DNA of 64,000 nucleotides from the human T2T-CHM13v2.0 reference genome, Homo sapiens. Of the stretch, positions 41,405-55,015 are shown piece after piece. Under the pieces are notes generated by a model that made no database searches, was not told the DNA's origin, and saw only the letters and a list, made by a program, of their open reading frames with translations. How positions within the stretch are numbered: the first letter of the stretch is position 1; each line of letters starts with the position of its first letter. The position numbers and the translations under genes were made by a program. Location of the stretch: the NCBI RefSeq assembly GCF_009914755.1, contig NC_060926.1, one strand, 5' to 3'.

Positions 41405-41801
41405 TGATATAGTTTGGATATTTGCCCAAACTTCATGTTGAATTGTAATCCTCAATGTTGGAAGTGGGGCCTGATGGGAAGTGTTTGGGACATGGGGCCG
41501 GTTCCCTCATGGCTTGGTGCTGTCTTAGATGTAGTGAGTTCTCTGGAGATCTGTTCATTTAAAAGTGTGGCACCTACTCCTTGCACCCGCTCTCTGGCCC
41601 CTGCTTTAAATATGTACTGTACCTACTCCCACTTCACCTTATGCCATGAGTAAAAGCTTTCTGAGGCTTCCCCAGTAGCAGAGTGATGTCAGTGCCATGT
41701 TTATATAGCCTGAAGAACTGTGAGCCAATTAAACCTCTTTTCTTTAGAAAGTACTCAGTCTCTGATATTTCTTCATAACCATACAAGAAGGGCCTAATAT
41801 A
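41405..41801 (+). mobile_element. MSTB-type solo LTR
   Basis: TGATATAGTTTGGATAT...GCCAATTAAACCTC...CCTAATATA; perfect TSD ATACT. Confidence 0.88.
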
Positions 41802-42096
41802 ATACTTTAAGATAAACAATCTATAACTAGATTAAAAGGACCTTTATAGTCATGTATTTATAAATATATATTCCCCTTACATATTAAACATATGTAAACA
41901 AATATTTTATATAGTTCTGTTTATAAAATATAAAATTAAAAATAAAGTTATAAATGTCTTCCACATATGTATACCCTCAAAAGTGAATTGAAATAAATCA
42001 AAAATTGCTGCAATATGAAAGACCATTTGACACACCATGACATCAGAGTGTTACATGAGTGTTTAAGGCTTTGACTACCTAAGCAGGCAAACATAA

Positions 42097-42123
<27 letters not shown>
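42097..42123. repeat. (CA)n microsatellite
   Basis: Directly visible. Confidence 0.95.
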
Positions 42124-42127
<4 letters not shown>

Positions 42128-42299
42128 TGATAGCTATATCGAGATATAGATGATTGTTCAATGAAAACGTTGTTCAAGATAATAAAAACATTTAATTATA
42201 TTTGTATCTAATATACATATATGCCTATAGATACACTATAGCATATATAAACCTATTTTACATCAAACATTTGCACTTTAATGAATATGTTTTTGGTTT

Positions 42300-44125
42300 A
42301 CATATATCCTTGGAATAAAAATAAGCTTTGATAATATTTTAGGCACCAGAAAAGTTACAGTACATTCACAATTTAGCAATTCTATCAACCATATCCTTCA
42401 GCTTCAATTAGTAGAGGTTTAATTTAACTGCAAAAATTATTTATTGAGTATATATTATCTTCCAGGCAATGGATTTACTCAGAAACTGGTAGATTTTTTT
42501 GAATCAATAATAACTGAGTTAGAGATTCTAATCATTTTGAAGTTAGTAAAATATGTCTTTTTATAGCAAAGAATTAAAACTGCAAATTGCCATTTCAAAG
42601 TAATTACAAACTATTATTAATAATAATAACATTTATTAAAAGTAACATCACATTAGCAAAGGTGTAATGTCAACTAATAGCCAAAAAATTTAAACAAGAA
42701 AACGTAATAAGAAGAAAGTATAATAAGCTAAATGGAATAAATGTTGGAGGATGTAATTGATGATAAAGATAAAATTAGCATGTAGTTTATTCAATTATAG
42801 AAAAAGGAGAATTGATAAAGGGAAGACAAATTTATTTAAAAAATAATAAAATAGACAAACTCAGATAAGTTCACTCACCACCAAGAAGGAAGACAAAATT
42901 TTAAAATATTATGTATGAAAAAAGAATATATTAACACTGATATAGATGTGATTTTTAAAACATAATTCTAATGTGCTAATTTGAAAACCATAATAAACTA
43001 TACTATTTTGAAGGAACTTACAATTTTAAAATATTGTTCACGAACAGTTAGGATAATTTAAGTACAATAGTAATAGCTAAATAATAATGTAAGAAACTGA
43101 AAGAGTTGTCAAAGAACTAAGCAGAAAAGAGTAATCTCATGCAAATAGTTTTCATACTAGGTTTTAGGAAAATTCATTTATGTTCTATTTTAACTGCTTA
43201 GGGATTTAAAAAATCTTAAGAGTCTCTAAAATCATTTTATAAAACTTATATAACCTGAGAAAGAACAGACACACAAGGAAATTAATGTTGGTTTTGCATA
43301 CAGAGTCAAAAATACTAACTATGTTAACCAAAAAAGCTTACATATAAACTAGTGAGATTCATTCTGGGAGTGGGAAAAGAGTCTAATAATAAGAAATACA
43401 CCAACAGAATTTATTATGTAAATTATATGAGAGAAGAGAGATTTTGCCTTTGTATATTATTTCATCCCCAGTGACTATAATAGTATGTATTTTATATCAA
43501 TTGCTCAATAAACATTATCTGAATGACTCTTCATCATCAGTAAGTGGAGGAAAAATACATATAAAGTAACAATAGCTAGGATTTTATTCATTGCTTACTA
43601 TTTATCAGGCACTGTACTAGACGCTTAATCTAGTTAATTCCCACATCTACCAGTGAAGTGGGTAGAAAAAGTATGTAAGCAAACTGAGGCATAGAGCAAG
43701 TAAATTGCTCAGTCGTGTGGTGAAGCTGAATGAAGCTCAGTGAGGGAAGTCTGCCTCTGATCTAGAAACTACACTATATTGTTTATAACGTTTACATGAC
43801 AGAAGAGCAATTGATAGGATTCAGTATTTATTACCAAAAAATTTTAACAAATCTCATTGATTAATATACTATAAGGATAATTTTTCTTAATACCAAAATA
43901 AAAATAAATGTATATGTAATAATTATAATAGCCAGAAATATGCTGAGCTATCATATGGACTAGGAAACACCAGAAGCATTCTCATTACAACTAGAAAACA
44001 GGACATGAATAGCACAACTTTATTTAGGACTTTAGGACTGTTTCGGGGTTTGCAATGAGACAGTAATTAGAAACTCTGAATATTCTAAAATAGTCAAAAG
44101 TGACACTATTTGCAGATAATGTTAC
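42300..44125 (+). mobile_element. Ancient L1 ORF2 remnants, with a MIR inserted near 43560-43770
   Basis: Degenerate L1 motifs aaaatagacaaac, agaagcattctcatt and ctatttgcagataatg; boundaries approximate. Confidence 0.5.
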
Positions 44126-46989
44126 TTTGTTTTAAAAATTTTAATTACAAAATATTCAAAATATGTTGATGATAATACAACTCCATTATATGGACTACCA
44201 AAATGTAATAGTTATAAAATTTTGCCATGTAGTCATCTTATTTCTTATCTATAAAAATATGAATGAAAAATTACAGGTAAAACTAAAGCTCCACCCCTAA
44301 ATTATGTGGACACTTTCCCTTCCCCTACTTCCAAATTAGTATTACTATCTTGAAATTGATTTGAGTATTTCTTATCCATGGTTTTGTATTTTCCAACATA
44401 TATGTGTATCTTAACAACAGATAATATGATTTGCATTTTTTATAACTTAACTACATTTGCTTTTTTTTTTAGGTAGAGTCATTTATACATTACATTTTGA
44501 GATTCATTCATGTTGTTATTGGGAGTCAATTTGTTAATGTAAATAATATACATACTGTTTAATGGGTTTTGATAATCAAGGTATAGGAATTTCCATCACC
44601 CCATAAAGGTCTCGGTGTCCCGTTCATTGACCTCGGTTTTCCTCCTCCCAGCATCAGGGTTTCTTTCACTGTATGTAGATTTATATCCAACAAGTTTTTA
44701 TGGTTTGTAAGTAATTCTCTGGTTGCTTTTAAGATTGGGCTTGGTCCTTCAGGTTCATTGTTATGTATCTAAGTTGAGATTTATTTTTAATTATTTTGCT
44801 TAAGATTTTTTTAAAAACTTTTCACCAATTTAGGAAAATTCTCAGCAAGTACAAATTCTATTGCTTCTTTTCCCCAATTTCTTTATCTATTTCTCTAAAT
44901 CCTATTATTCACAGGTAGGATCTTTTCACTTTGTCTTTTATTTTGTAGCATTTTTACTGCTCCATTCTTTACAATTTCTTCATATCTAACTTGGATTTGA
45001 TGAGTTCTATCCATGTAAATGTCCAATCTACTGTAGAACTCATCTACTGGCTTTTTGGGTTTCTTTATAATCTTTAAAATATGTAGATATGGTTTAGCTC
45101 TTTTAAAAATCTAACCACTCTTTTATTTAAAAAAAAAAACAAGATTCCAACACTTAGTTTCTTAACCATTGTAAAAAGATATTTTTATTATATTTTAGAT
45201 TATTTTTTCATTACCTGATATTGATCCTTTCAATTATTGATGTTTAAGATTTGCTTACTATACCAGTTTATTACTTTCTTGTGTACTGTGTAAATTCTGA
45301 TGATAAATTCACATTTATAGGGCTTTTATTTCTTTGTTTTAGAATTCCTTGTGCCTCAGGATGATCTCTCTAGAGTGATTTTTATTGCTTTCTGCAAATC
45401 AATGCTTACATGATCGGTTTGGTTTAATATCACTATCTATATCAATTTCTCAGATTAAAAGTTCCAGGTCCACTCAGGTTGCATGAATTGGAACACCAAA
45501 TTTCGTTAAGTTATTTGCTAGAGGTTTTAAATTCTCATAGAAGACTTTTCTACATCAAGAGCTCAAGCAAATATATGCAACATTTTTGTCATCTCTCATA
45601 ATTTTTTAATATTTATATTTGTATCTGAGATTGAACAAAGTTTCTTCAAACAGATTATCTTTATTAGAGAAATAACTGCATCAGTTTCAATTCTTCCTTT
45701 TTCTTGAGTTATGCAGTAGGGTTGAGGAATCTTGAAATATAAATTTGGGAGTTTATATAAGACACATGTCATAGAACTTCTTCGTCCTCTCCAAGAAAAG
45801 GAGGGGGGAAACCCTCTTTGTCTATTGTAAGTAAATCCTTTGGAATTTAAATGATAGCTCCAGGTATCATTCTCCTTAGCAATAATGCCTCCGGGGAGAA
45901 AACTTTCTCCTCCAGAGAGATGGAAATCATGTTTTAAATTCCAAGGCCTGCCCTTTAACCATGTTTTAGGTTTCTCTGTTCAGAAGCCCTTAACCATGCA
46001 GATATCAAAATATTTTCTCTACAATAACACAGTCTCCGAGTGTAGGTAAGTAAAAATTTTCAATATCATTTGTTCAAATAAGATGCATGCAGGCTTTCTG
46101 ATAGTCCCAAACACATATAAGGGCCTTAATTCTAACTCCACAATTTACTCAGTTTGAAGGTATTATTATTATTATTATTATTTTACCTGCCTGGATATTA
46201 AAACTCAGGCCTACATTGCCAGGATCAGGAATCCCCTCAAACTCCATTCTAATGCAATTGCAGTCATTTTAAGTTCTTTATTTCTGGTACCTGAGAATTT
46301 TTCTTTGTTTTTTGCAAGTTGTTCTTATACTCATTAACTTAAAAAAACACTCATACAGCATTTCTAAGTGTTTATAGTGTTTATGTCTGAAGGATATTCA
46401 AGTTATGTTTGTCACATTGTCAGAATTGGGCAACCGATGATTGTATTTTGTAACAGTAATAATAACAGAGGTCAATAAGGTGTCTGGATAAAACATGAAT
46501 GCAACAGATGTTCAATATGCAGCAATAATCAACTAAAAATGAGTGTGATTTAATCTAATTCAAAATAGTAGCAGCATATGCTCAAGGGTATCTGGTGCTT
46601 TACAGAAAAAAATAAGGAAAGAGAAACTCCTGTTGAGACAGCAAATATCCTGACAATATTCATACCTTTTCCCTACTAACTCATATGCTAAACATATATT
46701 CTAAGCAAATTATGAGGGATGTGTGCAAAAATGTCTGTAAAAAGATGTTCATGAAAGTGCTTTGTATAGATAGGTAGATATGACTCATAAAATGGAAAAA
46801 ACTAAATGCTCAATAGCAGGATATTGGTTAGTTAAATTATGGTGTGTAGTGTTAAATAACATGCAGAATTTAGAATTATATTGTAGAACAATATTAACAT
46901 GAAGACACATTCATAATACAAAAACTTATAAAAAAGCAAGGCACTAAGTATATGTAGAATTCAATATTATATTTGAGATGATAGAAGTA

Positions 46990-47190
46990 TATTAATTATT
47001 AGGCATCGTCTATGTGCCAGGCACTCCTTACGTCTGTTATCTTAGTTACTTGTAACACAGACTCTATAAAGAATTATCTTATATATTTAATGTCTGGGAA
47101 AATTGAAGCTAGGTTAAGTGCCCAAGGATTCACAGTGAGGAAGTAGAAGGCTAACATAAGAACGAAGTAATTGGCCTTCAGAGGCTGCTT
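46990..47190 (-). mobile_element. MIR
   Basis: ctatgtgccaggcact...gaaaattgaagct...gcccaaggattcacag. Confidence 0.55.
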
Positions 47191-47754
47191 GGTAATAAGG
47201 GAATATTCTAAGGCTGCATGTTCATGTCACTCCTTTAATACATTAGATTTTGACTAATTGTCATTTAAGAAATCAAGGCAAACAAAAAATATAATAAAGT
47301 GATAATGTGGGTTTCTGGTAGGCATTTAACAAAGATTCATGTAACAGTATAATAATATTAAAGTCTTGGAAGGTTTTAGAGCATGCCGTAGTTAATGTGT
47401 AAATATCGTATTTAATGAATTTCTCATCCTTTTTATTTCTTATAATTTCTCAATTTATATATAGTGTCAGATTCATTGTCACATGAGCCACTTATAGAAG
47501 TCATCATGTTAGAGTTCATTACAACTTATTTTTATTATGTTTATTCTGGTTAGAGATTATGCATATGTCAACAAGGACAAAGGAGAAAGCACTAAAAGGT
47601 GTAAAAACAAATTTTCAAGTACCATACTATCCCACGTACCATACCTAGAAACACATGTATCTGGGGCACTATGAATTCATGTGTGGAACTGAAGTTGAGA
47701 TTCTGGTAAAGAGCAGAATAGGAAAACAAAAAGGAATTAGATTTTGTTGCGTTG

Positions 47755-48198
47755 TTACTATTTCCCATATCGAACTAAATAACAGGAGACTGTCTTAAAA
47801 TGAAATTTATTTGAGAGTGGTATTGCAATGGGAATACATGTGCCATAGTAAATTATGTGTGTGTTCAAAGAGGTTGAGGCAATTGAAAGCTTTTAAAGGC
47901 AACACGAGGAAGATTACATAAGTTGTTCTGAATCAATTATCCTTGGCTACCAGAATCAATAGCAAGGGTGGCCTCAGTCCAAGATAGGACAGTTAGCTGC
48001 TAGACAGGCATCCTTGCAGAAGTATTTTCTGTGTAAGGTTGCAGTGGCCTTTGTGCAAGATTGTGGTTTTTGCATAGTCTTTTGTGATAGTTCTTATCAG
48101 GCATATATGCATGAAAACCCTCCCATCACAACTTTCCTTGGCTCTACTTGTCAGGATTTGACACAAGTGACTCCATTTTGATTCTAACAACTTTCACA
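47755..48198 (-). mobile_element. ERV1 solo LTR, LTR37-like
   Basis: Minus strand starts TGTGAAAGTTGTTAGAATCAAAATGGAGTCACTTGTGTCAAA and has AATAAA near its 3' end; subfamily uncertain. Confidence 0.65.
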
Positions 48199-48474
48199 AC
48201 CACATGTGCTGCAGACACGAGTTTAATTAAACATCAGAGTAAGTGTGTTTTGTTTGTTTGTTTGTTTTTTTGGAAAAGCAGGTTATTTTACCTTTATTGA
48301 GTGAGAAAAGTGAAGTTTGAAGAGCGCTGGGGTGTTTCTGGCAATGCTGGAAATTAAAGCCAGTCTGACCCTCTGAGAAGTGTTATTTCTCTCCTCAAAA
48401 GTAGATGGGATTCTGGCTATTCTTTCATGGAGTTTCACTCTCCATTCACAAATCAAACAAATTTTAAGAAGAAC

Positions 48475-48720
48475 CTAATATATTTGCTAGACACTCTACT
48501 GGAAGCTAGAAATTGTGAAGGCAATAAGAGTGTCCCCAACAAGGAAGAGCTCTGAGCCAGACAGAGGACAGAGACTAGACATACAATCAGAAAACTGGGT
48601 CCCATTGAGATAATTACTGACAGGAGAATATAAGGAGTGCTGCAGGAGGTTGGGGGAAGCCCAGCTTCTCTTGAGTTTTTGGAAATGCTTTCCTAAGGAG
48701 GTGGTAGAGATTTAAAGCAT
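48475..48720 (-). mobile_element. L2 fragment
   Basis: Degenerate L2 3' region (ggaaatgctttcctaaggaggtgg). Confidence 0.45.
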
Positions 48721-51192
48721 TGCAGACAGTAGCCTACAAATAGCTGCTGAGGGCTTCCTGCTGGTAGATTCCTAAAAGCAGCTGCAAGTTCTTACCATAC
48801 TCCTTTGCATCAGGCACTGTAGGGATCACCACATGGGAATAATGCAAATTGAAAGTAATGTATTTGATTTTCAGAATCTCATCTCTCCCTTGGAGATTTC
48901 ACAGCTACCATTATCCCTAGTAATATCAAGTCCTTGAAGAAATGGAAAACATGTCTTCTCTTTCATTCCGGAGGGAATACCAACCTTATAAATAAACCTC
49001 TTTTTTTATGTGATTCTTTCTCCAACACTCAAAAAATTAAATCTTAGATGAGCACTAATTATAAACACACACACACAATACAAAGAGTTTATACTTAGAA
49101 CCTAAAAAATAAAGTATGAAAAATGTCAAAAATGTCTTTTTAAACCTTTTACTCAGTTATATGTTATTGAACCTCAAATATGTTTTTCCAAATAAGACCT
49201 ATTTTAAAAATCCAAACTCATATATTAAAAGAAAACAAATATCTTTTTGTACCTAAAAATCTGGTTATTTTCATCAACACTTACCCAAGCCATTAAAGTG
49301 GATGAATGTTAGACACCTTCCTCAGCTCCACCCAATGGATCACCTTATCTAATTCATTGTCTTTCTTCCTTTAAATTTTTATAATCATTGCCTTAGTTTG
49401 TCATCATCATTTATATTAAGTCATTAAGTAGTCACTAAGATTAATCTTAACTATTAATATCTTAGCTCAAATCCTTATTATTTCCCACCTGAATTTTTAT
49501 AATTACTCCCTAATTGGGCTCCAGGTTTAGAACCAACCTTATTACCAAATGCAAACACAATTAGATGATATATCTACTAAAACAATCCTATATATAGCCC
49601 TTCTTTACAAAATTAGTTCTATGTGCCTTACCACGACATGCAAAGTCCTCCATGATCCAATCTTTTCCATTACATTTTCCTTCCATGAACATCATACCTA
49701 CGCTTCTAAATTCTAACCTGTATTGAATCTTCCAATTTCAGAATTGGCCATGCTCTCTAACGTCTCCACATATTTTTCTTTTCACTTGCTATTTTTCTGT
49801 TAGGGAGTCTCTTCCCATTTCTCAACTATTTAGTACTTCAAATATTATCCCTAGTAAAACTCCTTTACTTACCTAGATGAAGTTAGGTATTTCTTTTTCC
49901 TGGAGTCCAAACTCTCTTGAGATTCTTTGACTGAATTTGTGTAAGTCCTAATTACTTTTTCCCCAGTAGCACAGCATTTTAAATAGGGCCACATTAGCAT
50001 CTATACCTTTTTTTTTTTTTTTTTATTTTCTACCTTCTATTTCAGGAACTCCGTTCTATTGCTACCTCCTTATTATTTCTGGTTGTCCCTGGTTATCTAT
50101 CTAAAAATAACAAACGCTTATACCCTGTGTGATTTATTGAGGTTGATAACAGAGGCAAAATTATTGTCAGTTCCTTCTTCTTACCTTTGCACAGCTGGAT
50201 CCACTGATGTTTTCCATCCAAACTTATTACGACCTCAGTCTCTAAGTAAATCTTTACTCAAGTGGCCAGCAGAAAACCACATGCAAGAGAGCTTAAAAAA
50301 TCTGCCCTTTGACCAGATGGGAATTTAAATTTCCTAGTATGAATGTCAGGCTCATTCATTGCTCCCAAGAACCCCCTTGCTTTCTAGTTAAACCTCGGAT
50401 ACTGCACACCCAGTAAAATATTCTTCACATCCATGCTCAATAAATATTACACACCAGCCCTGGGTTTATAAGTTGCCATTCTCTTTTTATGATTTAAGCT
50501 GAGATGCAAGAAAAAGCACAAATACATGTTTGTTAAAAGATAAATGATGTTTGGGGAGAGTAATGCTGTTCAGCCAAATCAATAAGATCAGCTTCCCTTT
50601 TTTTATCTATGGCCAGCTTGGCTGTTTCCCCAGGTCCTAATCTTCCCTTTTCCTACTCTCAGCTGTTTTCTATGCCCAATTTATGGCATCTCCCACTAAC
50701 TGCTGGGTAATCAAACTTGAAGAGCATTCAAAACTCTACTTCCAGAATTACTAACCGGGCCCATAATCTGCTTGTTGTTGCCACATACTGACATTAGCAA
50801 ACCTCCTTCAATTTTTACCCTCAGCTTTCAATATTTCAAATTACAACAAACGTGGAGACAGGGAAAGACTGTAAAGAGAATCCTAAATAAATTATTTTAT
50901 TAGCGTCAGACACAATTTTCCATTGTAAAATAATAGATAGCTTATAGATCATCTCTCCCAGTTTTAGCTCAGTACAACCCAAATTCCTCAATTCTGTTTT
51001 GGAAACTACCTGCATATTTTAAAAGTCTGTGAGAAAAAAGACATACTATAAAAATTAACTTTTAGTTTATTTAGTTTATATAATAAAATTAACTTTTAAA
51101 TTATTTTTAATATGTTTTATAATATACTAAATCCATCTATATATGATTTATATATTAAGGTACATATTAATTTCATTAAACAAATCCCTTGA

Positions 51193-51525
51193 GGCTGGGA
51201 GCAGTGGCTCACACCTGTAATCCCAGCACTTTGGGAGGCCCAGGCGGTGGATTGCTTGAGCCCAGGAGTTCCAGATCAGTCTGGGAAACATGGAGAAACC
51301 TCATCTCTACTAAAAACTGAAAAACTTAGCCACGCATCATGGTGCACCCCTGTAGTTCCAGGTACCTGGGAGGCTGAGGTGAGGAAGTCACCTGAACCTA
51401 GGAAGTCAAGACTGCAGTGAGCTGTGATCACGCCACTGCACTCCACCCTGGACAATGGGAGTGAGGTCCTGTCTCAAACAACAACAACAAAAATACCAAA
51501 ACAACAACAACAACAACAACAAAAA
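51193..51525 (+). mobile_element. AluJ with a (CAA)n tail
   Basis: Full dimer with gcttgagcccaggagttc and actgcagtgagctgtgatc; decayed TSD ...cttga. Confidence 0.9.
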
Positions 51526-53189
51526 CCTCTTGATGACTACCATAATTAAGAACTCAGTAAGTCTAAATGTAGTTTCTAGAAATTATCTCTCCATTACTTT
51601 CTAGTAACTTGTATATCACTATATGTTAAAATTACCATATGTACTATGTTTCATGTTTTTAGTAAATGAAAATTAGCACCAGATCCAAAACATACATGAA
51701 GATTAAAATCTACATACGGAAGAATTTCTTAAATTTTGTCATTCATTACCATTCATTACTACCTCCAGATCACTTCCCTTCGAAGCCACCAAGTTTACTG
51801 TCAGATTCTGGGATGTCTCCAGTGAGGTCAAAAGAACTTGAACTACCACTGAACTACTCTTCTACATTTCAGAACATTATAGTTTGAACTGTTTTATTTC
51901 TTTTAGAAGACCTGCAGATATAAATTGCTAACATAAGGCACACCATTCGTCCTAATACTAAATGTTCCCCTTAGCACAAGTTTCTTTTTTCCTTGAACTA
52001 GTCTCCAGAAAAATACTTTTATTTTAATAGTGAACTACAGCATTTACAGCAGAGCCAGAAAAAATTATTTCACATAGTTATTGCCATTGCTGCTTGGATT
52101 TCTTGTCAGCTACTCATTTTAAAGTATGGGGATTTTTATTAGCCAACTTCCCAGTCTTTTTCTATTTATCAAGCTCTGCTTGGTAAGATTTGGGAAAAAC
52201 TTGCACGTTTGTAGGATTTCTGTGACACATTCAATTGCCTAATAGCTACATTCAATTAAAAATAACTATTGGATAGTGTAGAAAATCTCTGATAAAGTGA
52301 AAATAGGTTAATCTTGTTTTACTAACACATGATCTTTAATCCAGTTTCCAAGGTTACTTGTGTACTAAATTTGTATTTTAGATGTACTAGAGGCCTGCAA
52401 AATTAATCTCAAATTTTGACTCGTGCATGAAACCAAGTCTATTTTGGATTTTCACACTGTGTGACATCTTATGAGATAAGAAACATGATTATATCAAAAA
52501 GTCCTGACTTAATTGTGCCCCAGACCTAAAAAAGACTCAATGATTACCTTTCAAAGTGTTATTAGAGCAGATAATGCAGAAAAAGGATGTTGGCATTTGT
52601 CTATTTTTCCCTTTACATCCAAAATAGCAACTTTGTCACAAACTTTGCAATCCTAATAAGGAATCAAATCTTTTAATTTTCATGCTTATTTCAAAATTGT
52701 TGCTCACAATTGTTGATGATTAAGAGAAGGTATAAGACATAGCCCTGATCTCAATGAGTCCAAATCAAGGAAGGGAAAACAAACAAACAAACAAAAAACC
52801 TCATATAATTAATAAATGCTAGAAACTAAGGACTAAAAGTAGTAAAAGACAAAATTTTAGAAATTCAGATGAAAGAGTTAATATATCAAGAAAAATTTCT
52901 TTAAAAAATGTAGAAATTAAGGAGCGCCATGAAAAACCAAACAAAAAGGAGAGCCAATCAACAGCAGCATGATGGGTGATTCCCACTGCCAAAGTCAAAA
53001 CATGGAACAGGCTATAAGCACTTCCCAAGACCTTGTTATATCATTATTAAATTCTATTGCAATGTACTGTGCTAGATAGCTGTGAGAGACTTGAATTCTC
53101 ATTATGTTTTCTCTGTGAACATGTGCCATTTAGTAGAGTTTTAATACTTGTAAGTACAAATATTTACATTTATTTTTATGATTTTCTCT

Positions 53190-55015
53190 CTCATACACAT
53201 ATATTTATTTATTTACTTATCTCGAGTTGTACACATGTATGAGGACCATGTGAAATTTTGTTACATATATAATGCATATATAATGCATAGTGATCAAGTG
53301 AGGTATTTAGGGTACCCATTTCCCAAGTACAATAAATTTTTATTAATCGCCGTTCTATGCTTTGAAACATTGAATTTATTCTTTCTATCTTAATGTATGC
53401 TTATACCTTTTAACCCATTTCTCTTCACCTTCCCCTCTCATACCTACTCACCCTTCCCGTCTCTGTTATGTTTTTCCACACTCTACCTCCATGTGATCCA
53501 AGTTTTTAGCTCACATGTATAAGAGAGGACTGCAATATTTGTCTTCTTGTGCCTTGGTTATTTCACTTAAGATAATTTTCTCAGCTGGGCACAATGGCTC
53601 ACACCTGTAAATCACAGCCATTTGGGCGGCCAAAATGGGCAGATCACTTGAGCCCAAAAGTTTATGATCAACCTGGGCAACATGGCAAAACCTCATCTCT
53701 ACAAAAGAAATGCAAAAATTAGCCAGATGTAATATCATGTGCCTGTAGTCCCAGCTACTCAGGAGGCTGAGGTGGGAGGATCAATTGAGCTCAGGAGGTT
53801 AAGACTGCAGTAAGCTGTGATCACACCACTGCACTCCAGCCTGGGTGACAGAGCAAGACTCTGTCTCAAAAAAGAAAAAAGATAATGTTCTCTAATTCCA
53901 CCCATGTACTGCAAATGACATAATTTCATTATTTTTTGTTGATGAATAGTATTCCATTCTTTGTTCATTCATCCATTAATGGACATTTATGTAGATTCCA
54001 TATCTTTGTGATTGTGAATAGTACTGCAATAAACATGTAAGTGCAGGTCTCTCTTTGATATAATGATTTATTTTCCTTTTCCTTTTGGTAGATAGCTGGT
54101 AGTGGGAATCCTAGATCAAATGGTCATTCTGTCTTGAGGTTTTTTTGTTTTTTTGAAATCATTATGCTTTTTTATTGTGGCAGTACTAGTTTACATTTCC
54201 AAAAACAGTGTATAATAATTCCCTTTTCTATTCATTCTTGGCAACATCAATAATTTTTTATCCTTTTAATAATAGCCATTCTGACCTGGGTAAGATAATG
54301 TCATGTTGTGGTTTTTATTTGCATTTCTCAGATGATTAGTCATGTTAAGCATTTTTCATATTTCTGTTGCTCATTTGTATGTCTTTAGAGAACTGCCTGT
54401 TCATATTCTGTCTTTTGCCCACTTTTTAATGGGGTTATTTGGCTTTTTTTTCCTGTTGTGGTGTTCCTTGTATATTTTGGATATTTATTCCCTCTTGGAT
54501 ACATAGTGAGCAAATATTTTCTCCCATTCAACAAGTTGTCTCTTTACTCTGTTGATTATTTTCCTGTGTGGAAGCTGTTTTGTTTTTTTTTGTTTTGTTT
54601 TGTTTTTTTTAATTTCCATTTGTCTATTTCTCTTTTTGTTGCCTGTGCTTTTAGGGTATTAGTCACAAATTATTTGCCTATACCAGTGTCCAGCAGAATT
54701 TTCCCTAGGTTTTCTTCTATCATTGTTATGGTTTCAGGTCTTATGTGTAAGTCTAATCCATTTTTAGTTGATTTTAGTATGTGGCGAGAGATGGGGTTTA
54801 ATGTCATTCTTCTGCATATGGATATACAATTTCCTCAGCACCACTTATGGAATATTTTCTTTCCCCATTGTAAGTTCTTGTCAGCTTTGTCAAAGATTTG
54901 TTGGCTGTAAGTTAGCGTCTTTATTTATGGGTTCTCTATTCTTTTACGTTGATCTATGTGTCTCTTTTTATATCCAAACCATACTGTTTTGTATACTATA
55001 GCCTTGTAGTATACA
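53190..55015 (-). mobile_element. L1MA-type 3' end (host element; continues at 60886)
   Basis: L1MA 3' UTR and ORF2 C-terminus; the break at ...gccttgtagtatacat resumes at ...cttgtgatacattttgaagtcagg. Confidence 0.85.
53583..53878 (+). mobile_element. AluJ inside the L1MA
   Basis: Full dimer; TSD aagataattttctc / aagataatgttctc. Confidence 0.92.
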